A stretch of DNA of 64,000 nt from an uncultured Candidatus Bathyarchaeia archaeon (GTDB lineage: Archaea > Thermoproteota > Bathyarchaeia > Bathyarchaeales > Bathyarchaeaceae), in contig CAYNQS010000009.1 in the NCBI GenBank assembly GCA_964399485.1, forward strand, positions 5,865-69,864. Reading direction: 5' to 3'. Below are positions 27,979 through 36,747 of this stretch, in pieces (the stretch's first letter is position 1; every line of letters begins with the position of its first letter). A program made the position numbers and the translations under genes. Below the pieces are notes generated by a model. The model was not told where the DNA came from, did no database searches, and worked only from the letters and a program-made list of their open reading frames with translations.

Positions 27979-28653
27979 TCACTCGATAACGGTTCCAACC
28001 TGTTTTCCCTTCACCGCAGCAGACACATTCTCCGCGTCATACCCATTTACCACCACAGTCTTCAACCTGCTTCTACGGAGAATCTTAACGGCTTCGGGGT
28101 CAATAATCTGGTTAATCCCCGCCCTGTGACTGTCCGCCTCAAGAAGCCGGGTCAAATCCTCAAACTTCAGCTTATCTAGTTTTTCTGCGTCAGAAAATTT
28201 TTTCGGGTCCTTGCTGTATATGCCGTCCACGTTCGAGCCCTTCACCAGCAAGTCAGCCTGCACCCGTTCGCCGATAAGCGCAGCCACCGAATCAGTTGTC
28301 ATGCCTGGACGTAAACCGCCAACAACAACAATCTTGCCGCGTTTCAGGCAAGCCTCAGCCTCATCCACAGAAACGGGCACACTTCCACACCCATCCTCGC
28401 CCAAACATAACACAAACAGCTGAGCCAGCAAACGGGAAACGTGAATCGCAGCCCAGTCTCTCCTTGCCTCCTCCAAACCAAGCTCGGCAGCCACCCTGAT
28501 GAACTCTCTAGCCAAGGAGCCCCCGCCGATAACGGCGACAACCTCATGCCCCTGCAGTTTCAAATCCTTCAGCAAATCAACATACTTGCCTATCAGAGGC
28601 GCGTTGAGGGGAGAAGCCACAACTGAACCGCCAACACGAACCACAACCCTCAT
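27979..28653 (-). CDS. pyrH: UMP kinase (archaeal type)
   Basis: MRVVVRVGGS..., VAVIGGGSLAREF, and GGLRPGMTTD in place of the bacterial motif. Length is about 224 aa. Confidence 0.9.
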   Translation of the reverse strand: MRVVVRVGGSVVASPLNAPLIGKYVDLLKDLKLQGHEVVAVIGGGSLAREFIRVAAELGLEEARRDWAAIHVSRLLAQLFVLCLGEDGCGSVPVSVDEAEACLKRGKIVVVGGLRPGMTTDSVAALIGERVQADLLVKGSNVDGIYSKDPKKFSDAEKLDKLKFEDLTRLLEADSHRAGINQIIDPEAVKILRRSRLKTVVVNGYDAENVSAAVKGKQVGTVIE

Positions 28654-28784
28654 AGTGTGAAACCTCTACCACATAGTTCACAGCAACAGATAATATAACA
28701 TTCGCTACTGAACAAATATTCAAAGGCTTATAACGATTAGCCGCCATAAAATAACAAACAAAAAAATGTTCACCTTCATCCTCG

Positions 28785-29636
28785 GTGAAAAAAATGAAAG
28801 AAGTTGAAGTGGTCTTTTTGGGGACAGGAGGCGGAAGATTCACCACCATAACCCAAAAAAGAAGAACCGGAGGAATCCGCATCCTATCCAACCGCCTCAA
28901 CCTTCACGTTGACCCCGGTCCAGGCGCCCTCATCTACTCACTGGAAGCGGGCTTGAATCCCCAGAAAATCAAGGCAGTGCTGGTTTCCCACAGGCACCCA
29001 GACCACTGCACCAACGCAGAGATTCTGGTTGAAGCCATGACCCGAGGCATGCTGAAAAAAAGGGGAATCATAGCCGCACCCCCCAACATCCTAATCGGAA
29101 ACAAGGAAACTGGACCCACAATCTCCACATACCATCAGCAGATGATACAAAGGGTGATAGTGGTGAAGCCCGGAGTCAACTTCATGGTTGGCAGAACCAA
29201 AGTAGTCACCACACAGGCTAGACACACTGATCCCGAAGCTGTTGGCTTCAGATTCGAGATTCCGGAGGTCGGCGCCATAGGATACACAGCGGACACAGAG
29301 TACTTCGAGGGCATCGAAGAGGAATACAGGGGAGCCAGAATCCTCATAGTCTCGGTGATGAGACCCCTAGGAAGCCCATGGACAGGACACATGACCCCAA
29401 AAGAGGCAACCAAACTCGTTGACGCCGTGAAGCCTGAGCTGGTCGTAGCCACCCACTTCGGAATGAAAATGCTCTTCAGCGGACCATCCTACGAGGTTAA
29501 ACTGATCGAAGAAAAAACCGGAGTCCCCACAGTAGCCGCCTTTGACGGAATGAAACTACGAGTGGGTGAGCAAATTACTGTTGGAAAAACAAGTAGACAC
29601 CAGCAGGGTTTAGAGGAATTTCTGAAACGCAACTAA
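28785..29636 (+). CDS. MBL-fold metallo-hydrolase
   Basis: VVFLGTGGG and the HRHPDH metal-binding motif. GTG start; there is an in-frame ATG at 28794. Confidence 0.7.
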   Translation: MKKMKEVEVVFLGTGGGRFTTITQKRRTGGIRILSNRLNLHVDPGPGALIYSLEAGLNPQKIKAVLVSHRHPDHCTNAEILVEAMTRGMLKKRGIIAAPPNILIGNKETGPTISTYHQQMIQRVIVVKPGVNFMVGRTKVVTTQARHTDPEAVGFRFEIPEVGAIGYTADTEYFEGIEEEYRGARILIVSVMRPLGSPWTGHMTPKEATKLVDAVKPELVVATHFGMKMLFSGPSYEVKLIEEKTGVPTVAAFDGMKLRVGEQITVGKTSRHQQGLEEFLKRN

Positions 29637-29711
29637 ACAAAATTATTGTCCCATCTTTGATGATTTACAAATGGTTGCTTTGAAGTATAATTCTTCAGTC
29701 GATATTCAAGG

Positions 29712-30395
29712 CTAGGCTTCAGGTCTGTACTTGTGGATGATTGCTTTGAATGATTCTGCAGCCTGTCTGGGGTTGCTGGCTTTGAGTATAGCAGATATTA
29801 CGGCTATTCCATCCACTCCGGTTTGGAGAACCAGGTGGGCGTTACTTAATGTTATGCCGCCCGAAGCAAACACAGGCATATCAGTCACGGATTTGGCTGA
29901 CCGTAAGGTTGTAAGGGGGACTATTTCACACTGAATGGCGGAAAGGCTTGGAAACACTGAACAGAAAGACACGTAGTCTGCTCCCCCAGCTTCCGCCCAT
30001 TCAATCCAACTTAAGTCATTGCCTACAGTGTAGCCTACTATGCTCTGCTCGTTGAGGAGTTTCCTTGCATCCGAGGGAGTGACATCGTATCCATCAAAGT
30101 GAACCCCGTCGGCTTCCACAGCCTTTGCCAACTGTAAGTCATTGTTTATGATCAGAGGCACACCATAATCTTTAGCTAGATTCAGCAATTCTGTGGCAAG
30201 CCCCCTGATTTCTAGACTATTCCCACCGGGCCTCCACAGTTGCAGCAAGTCAACTCCTCCTTTCAGGGATTTTTCTATGATGTCAACTAGTCTATGGTGA
30301 GGCATGGAGGGATCAACTACGAGACATAAACCTTGCAGGCGCTTCAATCCGGTTACTCCCACCCATCCCTGCGAGCCTTCCAGTAAGCCTTCCAA
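29712..30395 (-). CDS. thiE: thiamine-phosphate synthase
   Basis: CLVVDPS, GGVDLLQLW, ADGVHFDG, ADYVSFCSVFPS and PVFASGGI follow the ThiE TIM-barrel pattern. It is the last gene of the riboswitch-led operon. The start is uncertain because it overlaps the upstream gene by 43 nt. Confidence 0.7.
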   Translation of the reverse strand: MEGLLEGSQGWVGVTGLKRLQGLCLVVDPSMPHHRLVDIIEKSLKGGVDLLQLWRPGGNSLEIRGLATELLNLAKDYGVPLIINNDLQLAKAVEADGVHFDGYDVTPSDARKLLNEQSIVGYTVGNDLSWIEWAEAGGADYVSFCSVFPSLSAIQCEIVPLTTLRSAKSVTDMPVFASGGITLSNAHLVLQTGVDGIAVISAILKASNPRQAAESFKAIIHKYRPEA

Positions 30396-31423
30396 TAGGG
30401 GTCAACAGTCGGCTTCGCTAAAGGCTGAAGCTTCTCATCCACTTTCATCCACCTTCCATGCTGGCTGTCAGTTACTTCTCCAATGATGCCTGCTTTGATT
30501 CCACCCGACTTTAAAGCCACGATTACAGCTTGAGCCTTTTCCGGCTTTGCAGTGATTATCAGAGTCCCCTCACTTAATGTTCTGTAAGCATCCAAGCCGA
30601 AGAGGTTGCAAACCTGTTCTGCTTCCTCAGTAACTATAATCTCTGAAAGGTCAACTTCTACACCTATTTCTGCAGCTTGCGTAAGTTCATAAATCGCCCC
30701 CAGTAGCCCCCCCTCAGTTACATCATGCATAGCTGTGACCCCCTCCTCCCGTAAGCCCACCGAAGCAGCCGTCAAAGCATCTTTGACCACGCTAAATTGC
30801 GAAAGATAGGATTGAGCTCTCTTAAGAAAGGCTGATCCATACGCATCTTCGATTGTTTTAGGGAAGGTTCTTGCCAGTATCCCCGTGGATGCGATGGCCA
30901 CTCCCTTGGTCATAATCACCAAATCTCCGGGCTTAGCCATGCTGCTGCTTAAGTAACGGTTTTCCGGGGCAACAGTCATCATTACTCCTCCACCAATAAC
31001 GGTGTAGTCTGAGCCAACGTATCTGCCTGTATGCCCACCCAAAACTGATATCCCCAGTTTACTGCACTCCACATGAAACGCATCCCAGTACTCTTCGAAC
31101 TCTTCATCCTTCATGTGGGGAGGAAGACTGAAGTTAACCATGATGAACTGCGGCGGGAACCCGCAGGTGCTCAGGTCTGAAGCCAAAAGATGCACTGAAA
31201 TCCACGCTGAATCTTCTAATCCAAGCTCGGGAATAACAGACAGCGGGTCTGCCGTGACCACCAAAACTTGGCTGGAATTCAGCCGAACCACAGCATTGTC
31301 AAGCCCATGGTTTGGACCTGCAAGAATCTCTTTTCTTGCCTTTCCTAACCGTTGATACACGATTTTTTCCATCAGCTCCTGAGAAAACTTTCCAACTTTA
31401 GACAGGTTATCCATCTTTTTCAT
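30353..31423 (-). CDS. AIR-synthase-related (PurM/HypE/ThiL superfamily) ATP-dependent protein
   Basis: GLDNAVVRL...VVTADP, GGHTGRY and HDVTEGGLLG are motifs typical of the PurM superfamily. The subfamily is not resolvable by eye. Confidence 0.6.
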   Translation of the reverse strand: MKKMDNLSKVGKFSQELMEKIVYQRLGKARKEILAGPNHGLDNAVVRLNSSQVLVVTADPLSVIPELGLEDSAWISVHLLASDLSTCGFPPQFIMVNFSLPPHMKDEEFEEYWDAFHVECSKLGISVLGGHTGRYVGSDYTVIGGGVMMTVAPENRYLSSSMAKPGDLVIMTKGVAIASTGILARTFPKTIEDAYGSAFLKRAQSYLSQFSVVKDALTAASVGLREEGVTAMHDVTEGGLLGAIYELTQAAEIGVEVDLSEIIVTEEAEQVCNLFGLDAYRTLSEGTLIITAKPEKAQAVIVALKSGGIKAGIIGEVTDSQHGRWMKVDEKLQPLAKPTVDPYWKAYWKARRDGWE

Positions 31424-32085
31424 CTCAACTTGACTGCGACTCCAAGGAAGGCGCCGAAGGGAAAAAGGGAAGATTGCGTCTCCTCCAAATTGTTGGGGAA
31501 AACTGTTGTGTCCCAGTAAGATATGGTGTATGCGTCGCCAAGAGCTTCATGTAGCATCTGCTTCATGTCCAGTATAGAGTAAAACTTGGCATTTTTGTAG
31601 TAAGGGTTTTTCCCAGTCTTTACCTGAAGCATTCTCCTCACAGTAGGCAGACTCCACCTGTTTATCAGCCCGAAGATTATGCCTTTACGGGCTACTCTCG
31701 CCGCTTCACGTATAACCTTGATTGGGTCAGGCATGTAAACCAAGCAGGCTATGAAGGCTACGACGTCAAAAGATTTGTTTTTGAAAGGCATAAACGAAGA
31801 CTCGCCCTGCAGCAACGTTCCTTTAGCCCACAGTTTCTTTGCTTCCCTCAACATCATATCGGATAAATCCAATCCAACACAGTCTAAACCCAAGGATTCA
31901 AACCATCTGGTGAAGTGGCATGTGCCGCAGCCTACCTCAAGCAGACTTTCTGTTTCTCCTAGAGTGCTCAGAAGACACTTTAGCAGAGCCTTCTCTGACC
32001 TGTCAGCCCTTCTGTACTTTTGCTGATAGTATGATTCATAATTTTTGACGGTGTCTTTCTGGAAGTACCAAGCATCTCGTTGCAT
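31420..32085 (-). CDS. class I SAM-dependent methyltransferase
   Basis: Motif I LLEVGCGTCHF plus a post-I acidic residue (GLDLSD). 4-nt stop/start overlap with the downstream gene. Confidence 0.7.
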   Translation of the reverse strand: MQRDAWYFQKDTVKNYESYYQQKYRRADRSEKALLKCLLSTLGETESLLEVGCGTCHFTRWFESLGLDCVGLDLSDMMLREAKKLWAKGTLLQGESSFMPFKNKSFDVVAFIACLVYMPDPIKVIREAARVARKGIIFGLINRWSLPTVRRMLQVKTGKNPYYKNAKFYSILDMKQMLHEALGDAYTISYWDTTVFPNNLEETQSSLFPFGAFLGVAVKLR

Positions 32086-32090
32086 AGTTG

Positions 32091-32636
32091 CTACTCCAGC
32101 GGGCTAACGTCCCACATCTTCTTAACCACCCTAACTACGCCATAGCCGATGGGAACAAAAACCAAATCAACCAATGTTCCCAAGGTTAGCAGAGCCATTC
32201 CCAGACCGAAAAGCCCCCAATCCATGAAGAAGAAGATTGCAGTCTCCACCAACACAGCTATCACCATGGCGGCTACCTCATTTATTTTTCTCAGCAGACC
32301 CACAGTGGCGCCCATTGGTCCTCTGCTGACAACGATTCCTAGAAGGAAGACGCCCATAAACCCTGGAGGCACCATTATAGACCCTATGCTTGCTCCTGCC
32401 AAGAAGCCGAGTGCAGACCCGATAGAGGCTGAGACTAGGGCGGGAACTGGACCCATCAGTATCCCAACCACGAATATGATTATGGGAGCGAAAGTTATAG
32501 TGGAAAGTGGAGGCGGCATAGGTATAGCCGTCATCGTGGTTACTGCAATTAAAGCGGACATAACCGCTGTCATCGCCAACTTTACGGTGGCATTAGATTG
32601 GACTTTAACAGGTTGAAAACTATTTTTTTCGTTCAC
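32091..32636 (-). CDS. ECF-type S-component-like membrane protein (ThiW-like candidate)
   Basis: About six hydrophobic helices, small size, directly downstream of a TPP riboswitch. The track ATG (32660) lies inside the aptamer. A GTG at 32636 sits 9-10 nt after the aptamer's GGAGGG. The ATG at 32573 is an alternative start. Confidence 0.5.
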   Translation of the reverse strand: MNEKNSFQPVKVQSNATVKLAMTAVMSALIAVTTMTAIPMPPPLSTITFAPIIIFVVGILMGPVPALVSASIGSALGFLAGASIGSIMVPPGFMGVFLLGIVVSRGPMGATVGLLRKINEVAAMVIAVLVETAIFFFMDWGLFGLGMALLTLGTLVDLVFVPIGYGVVRVVKKMWDVSPLE

Positions 32637-32640
32637 TTCT

Positions 32641-32731
32641 TCTTTTCCCTCCGCCAGCATTACCTGGATCAGGTTCCTAGGGTCGACAACAAGCAGTTGT
32701 CCTCTCAGCCGGGTTAACCCAGCTCCCCATG
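32641..32731 (-). promoter_or_regulatory. TPP (THI-box) riboswitch
   Basis: The minus strand reads GGGGAGCTGGGTTAACCCGGCTGAGAGGACAACTGCTTGTTGTCGACCCTAGGAACCTGATCCAGGTAATGCTGGCGGAGGGAAAAGA. It contains the conserved CTGAGA, ACCC, GAACCTGATC..GGTAATGC..GCG.AGGGA blocks and compensatory hairpins (CTGGG/CCCGG, GACAAC/GTTGTC, CCAG/CTGG). Confidence 0.85.
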
Positions 32732-32856
32732 CACCTTACAGTAAAGGAGTATATTCTTTGTATTTAAGCCTGACTGACAAGTTTTAGCCTAGAATCTAGG
32801 TGCCCTAACATGTGCACTCATAACTGTTATAAACCGTTTTTTGGTTACTTCCTAGT

Positions 32857-33132
32857 ATGTCAAACAAGATTCATTGCGCCCATATCCTCGTCAAAACAGA
32901 GAAAGAAGCGAACACGGTTTTGGAACGGTTAAAGAAGGGAGAAAAGTTCTCAAAAATAGCCAAGGAGGTTTCACTTTGTCCCTCCAAGAAGCGCGGCGGA
33001 GACCTCGGAACGTTTGGCCGGGGACAGATGGTGAAGGAATTCGAAAAAGCCGCCTTCGACCTTCAGAAAGGACAAATCTCTGGAATAGTGAAAACCAAGT
33101 TTGGATACCACATAATTCGGAGATTTGAATAG
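32857..33132 (+). CDS. parvulin-type peptidyl-prolyl cis-trans isomerase
   Basis: 91 aa. CAHILVKTEKEA, GGDLGTFGRGQMVKEFE and KTKFGYHII are classic single-domain parvulin motifs. Confidence 0.85.
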   Translation: MSNKIHCAHILVKTEKEANTVLERLKKGEKFSKIAKEVSLCPSKKRGGDLGTFGRGQMVKEFEKAAFDLQKGQISGIVKTKFGYHIIRRFE

Positions 33133-33172
33133 TGCTACTTTTTTTGTCGCTCACTTCACTAAGTTCCGCTAA

Positions 33173-34054
33173 TTAACATACAACTATTTTCATCATCTCT
33201 CTTGGATGTCTTAGCATTTTTAGAGGACTTTGAAAGGACCCTGCTAGACACCCGCAATTGGAACAGTCCGGATTGTTTATAAAACACCTTCTTCTGTTCC
33301 ATGAAACATCAAAATGTAATGCTTCATTGCCCCAGACGCATGAGTCTCTGTGGTCGGGGTATTCATACCATTCTATCATCGCTTTGCTCAAAAGAAAATC
33401 TTTTGGGTATAATGTCTTTACTCGTTTCAGTTCTATTATTATAGTTTCTCTCTCTTTTCTTCTTACAACCATGGGAAGACTAACATCGGTTCCTCCTGCG
33501 CATATGTTACACACAACACCGTTGAAAGCATTCTTTTTTGCAATTTTCACAACATCCTCAAGCTCTTTGTAGTTATCTCTCGTGATTGTCATATTGATAA
33601 CAACACGTTTGTCCCCTGAATAGTTCTTCATCACTTTTGAAAAAACACCTTTTCCTCTGAGTGAATCGTTTGTTTTTCGAGAACCATCTATTGAAACAAA
33701 TAATCTATTATTGAATTCTTCGGGTATCTTTATTGTTCCATTTGTAATAACACTCACAAAAGGAAACACCTTGTCAGCGACCATAAGAACATCAATCCTG
33801 AGCGCAGGCTCACCACCAACCAAAACAATGTTCCTTATTCCTGACTTGTAGAGTTCATTGAACCTCTTTTCCCAAACATGTAAGGATAGTTCTTGTGTTT
33901 TAAAAGCGTCTTTGCCGTGAAAATGATAGCAATGTTTACACCTAAGATTACAGTTATCCGTCACATCAACTTCTGCAGAATATTTTACTCTAAATATGAC
34001 TCTCTTTAGTTCAAGCCAAGCAAGATAAAACAATGTGTATGCACGTTTTTTCAT
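33173..34054 (-). CDS. radical SAM protein with C-terminal Cys-rich (SPASM-like) region
   Basis: VTDNCNLRCKHCYH (CxxxCxxC), VGGEPAL, and C-terminal C..W...C...CSNCGC. Low-GC gene. Confidence 0.65.
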   Translation of the reverse strand: MKKRAYTLFYLAWLELKRVIFRVKYSAEVDVTDNCNLRCKHCYHFHGKDAFKTQELSLHVWEKRFNELYKSGIRNIVLVGGEPALRIDVLMVADKVFPFVSVITNGTIKIPEEFNNRLFVSIDGSRKTNDSLRGKGVFSKVMKNYSGDKRVVINMTITRDNYKELEDVVKIAKKNAFNGVVCNICAGGTDVSLPMVVRRKERETIIIELKRVKTLYPKDFLLSKAMIEWYEYPDHRDSCVWGNEALHFDVSWNRRRCFINNPDCSNCGCLAGSFQSPLKMLRHPREMMKIVVC

Positions 34055-34093
34055 GATAGAATTATTACCAAGAAAGCGTTAATAAAGTGCTTT

Positions 34094-34110
34094 GGGGTTA
34101 AAATTTAACC
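34094..34110. repeat. 17-nt near-palindrome GGGGTTAAAATTTAACC, left flank of methyltransferase cassette
   Basis: It matches the reverse complement of 35160-35176 at 16 of 17 positions. Confidence 0.6.
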
Positions 34111-34214
34111 TTTCTCTCTCTTGTTCTCTACTCTGCTGTTCTGTTCTGTGTGCTCTCTACACTCTACTCTCCCAACAAAATAGAAGAAAAAATTAACTAA
34201 ACACTAAATAAGCA

Positions 34215-35084
34215 ATGAGAAATCTTAAATCCCGAAGAAAATTAGACATAGCTTTTATGAAACGCTTGAAAACTACAAGGGAGACAATTCTCAAATCCAG
34301 CCGCTCTTATTACTCCCGTCGAGCACACTATTTTAATCTTCTCGATGAGCAGCTTCCTGAAAGATATAAACTTGAGCTTGATTTTATTGAGCATGCTTTC
34401 AGTAATCATGCAACTCGTCCAATTACCAAGGTGCTCGATATTGCTTGTGGAAACGGTCGGCATCTTCTGGGATTAGCCAAACACGGCTATGAATGTACAG
34501 GGATAGATTATACACCTGAAAACATACAAATAGCCAAAGAAAACGCTAAACGTGAAAATGTATCCGTAAACCTGCTTCAAGGTGATTCAACACAACTTGA
34601 CTATGAAGACGAATTTGATGCTATTCTCGCGATTAACGTGCTGCATTTACTTCCAAATGATGATGACGTCTTAAAGTGTCTAAGTTTGATTCATCATGCA
34701 CTAAGATCAGGTGGCATATTGGTATGTAATATTGGGAATCCCTTCTACGAAGGTAAAGGCTGGTACTCTCTCAAGAAGATCTTTGAAGGTCTTCTGATTC
34801 AGGAAGAGCGAACTTCTGATATGCACATCATGGAGATCGCTCGCTTGGTCGATTTTGATCCAATGTACGGAGTAGCTTGGTGGCAGGAAACGAGTATAAT
34901 CGAAGCCCCAGAAGGCACACACGTTTTTAGAGACAAAGAACACATTAGGCTCTTCACCTACTGGGACATCCTTCACTATCTTCAAGAAATAGGCTTCAAA
35001 GAGATCAAGTGTTATCCCGACTGGCTAATTAATCCACCTAAAAAACCCAAAGCTGCGAGATTAGTCTTTGTTTCCCGAAAATAA
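34215..35084 (+). CDS. class I SAM-dependent methyltransferase
   Basis: Motif I VLDIACGNGRH, followed by GIDYTPE. Low-GC gene. Confidence 0.7.
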   Translation: MRNLKSRRKLDIAFMKRLKTTRETILKSSRSYYSRRAHYFNLLDEQLPERYKLELDFIEHAFSNHATRPITKVLDIACGNGRHLLGLAKHGYECTGIDYTPENIQIAKENAKRENVSVNLLQGDSTQLDYEDEFDAILAINVLHLLPNDDDVLKCLSLIHHALRSGGILVCNIGNPFYEGKGWYSLKKIFEGLLIQEERTSDMHIMEIARLVDFDPMYGVAWWQETSIIEAPEGTHVFRDKEHIRLFTYWDILHYLQEIGFKEIKCYPDWLINPPKKPKAARLVFVSRK

Positions 35085-35159
35085 TGATTATGCTTAGGAA
35101 AAAGGCAAAACAAATTAAACTAGACGAATTTGTTTAGATTCAAAATTCTTGGGTTTGGG

Positions 35160-35176
35160 GGGGATAAATTTTAACC
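35160..35176. repeat. 17-nt near-palindrome GGGGATAAATTTTAACC, right flank of methyltransferase cassette
   Basis: Inverted partner of 34094-34110. It is embedded in GGGGGGG...CCCCC, which can form a hairpin. Confidence 0.6.
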
Positions 35177-35355
35177 CCCACATTTTACATTGTTAATTTC
35201 CAGAAAATGATGTTTGTTAGATGATTTTTGTTGTTCACGAAGAGTCTAAACCCCGCTAACCCAAATAATATCCAAACTAAATATTTGAATAACACATAAT
35301 CCGGAGGCTGGAGTAGCGTCACGTTTCAATGCCTGAGTTCTTATTGCTTGATTTT

Positions 35356-36516
35356 TCAGTCGATTATGTCGTTCCAAGAATGGATGTTTGAATATTTTTC
35401 TTCAAAACCGAAAGTGGGGTCATCGTAGATTATGTCTAATGTTAGTCCGTATCTTTCGATGAGCTTGTTCATGTTTTCCCAAATCAAAGGAGAGAGGTTG
35501 TCCGAACCCCATTCCGGGAACCATACGTTGTCATTTACTCTTCGCATGCCCCAGCCGTAATCCTTGGGGAGAACAAAGGCTGCTTCTGCCTCCACTTTTT
35601 CAAGGGAACTTTGGGGTGAATGTATCATGTTCCAGAAGGTTTCCATGGCGTTGAAGTGTTCTTCTTCCAAGATGCCGAAGGGTTGATTGTAGGGAAAATT
35701 GAATACAATCACGTATTTGGCTCCTGCTCGATAGGCTACTTCCATATCTTGAAGCATTTCTGATCCAGTCTTATAGATTCCTTTATCGTAGTCTTCTGGG
35801 TCTCGGCCCTTCCACACGATGATGGCGCCCCAGTCTTTTTCCTGTACGTTTGCAGCTCCCCTGCCGAGTGCAATATGCTGTGTTCTATTGTGATTCCATC
35901 CTAACTCAACAAAGACGGCGTCGTATCCAGCCAGATAGTCGAACCAGTATAGTGCGTAATCGGAGGTAAAGGCGGCGATATTTCTGTCCTTCACATCTTG
36001 CATGCTCCGACTGGAAGAGATGTTGGTGACAAAATATTCGGATGCTTCGCTGTAATCTGACACCGTCTCGAACTTACTATTTCCTCCTTTCCAATGTCCT
36101 GAGTCAATCTGCCTTCCACCAGGCTCATCGTAGAGGTAAACGCCCAAGAACTGTTCTTCCCACGTTTCCTTTGCAGTGTCCAGCCATGTGAGATGCCAAG
36201 GATAGATAGTGTGTGAAAGGAAATCAAAGAAAACCATAAAGTTCAGTTTGGCGTCCACAGCATATTCACAGATTTCATTGAGGGCAGTTTCATTCTTGCT
36301 GATGTCCCAAGAATTTATGAGGAATAGATTGGTGTATCCCTTCACTTTGTCGATAAGGAGTTTCGCTTGGCTGGTTGTGTTTCCGCCAAAGGAAACCCCG
36401 AAAAAGAAGTCTTCCTCAGAAACTTCGTTTTCGGAATTATAGTGGACATAGGTTATAACTGAACAGAAGATGGAGGTCAACAAAATGACGGTCAGAATCA
36501 GCCACGTTAGTTTCAT
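35356..36516 (-). CDS. N-terminally membrane-anchored extracellular protein of unknown function (Trp/Tyr/Asp-rich, glycosidase-like composition)
   Basis: The ATG at 36516 starts MKLTWLILTVILLTSIFCS. The track's 47-aa extension has no support. No family recognised. Confidence 0.45.
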   Translation of the reverse strand: MKLTWLILTVILLTSIFCSVITYVHYNSENEVSEEDFFFGVSFGGNTTSQAKLLIDKVKGYTNLFLINSWDISKNETALNEICEYAVDAKLNFMVFFDFLSHTIYPWHLTWLDTAKETWEEQFLGVYLYDEPGGRQIDSGHWKGGNSKFETVSDYSEASEYFVTNISSSRSMQDVKDRNIAAFTSDYALYWFDYLAGYDAVFVELGWNHNRTQHIALGRGAANVQEKDWGAIIVWKGRDPEDYDKGIYKTGSEMLQDMEVAYRAGAKYVIVFNFPYNQPFGILEEEHFNAMETFWNMIHSPQSSLEKVEAEAAFVLPKDYGWGMRRVNDNVWFPEWGSDNLSPLIWENMNKLIERYGLTLDIIYDDPTFGFEEKYSNIHSWNDIID

Positions 36517-36747
36517 CAGGTCTCCCTTTAGGATATGCGGGTAAGAAATAAAGATTTTTAGGCATTTAACTCGTGGGTTCGGTTGGTTTTGGTTTTCGTT
36601 TGAACACGCAGACTCCAAGCCAATTTCTGATCCGCGACTGGCAGTAGCCGTCAACATTGTTTACGCAGTTTTCTTGACTGCATTCGATTTTGCCCAGCGT
36701 CTGTTACTCTCCACAACAACAGAAGTTTAACAGCGAAACCGTCAGCT

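Noticed and set aside
32637-32660. ATG at 32660 as start of the S-component gene
   Set aside because: This ATG is the TAATGC loop of the TPP aptamer. A GTG at 32636 or the ATG at 32573 downstream of the aptamer is more plausible.
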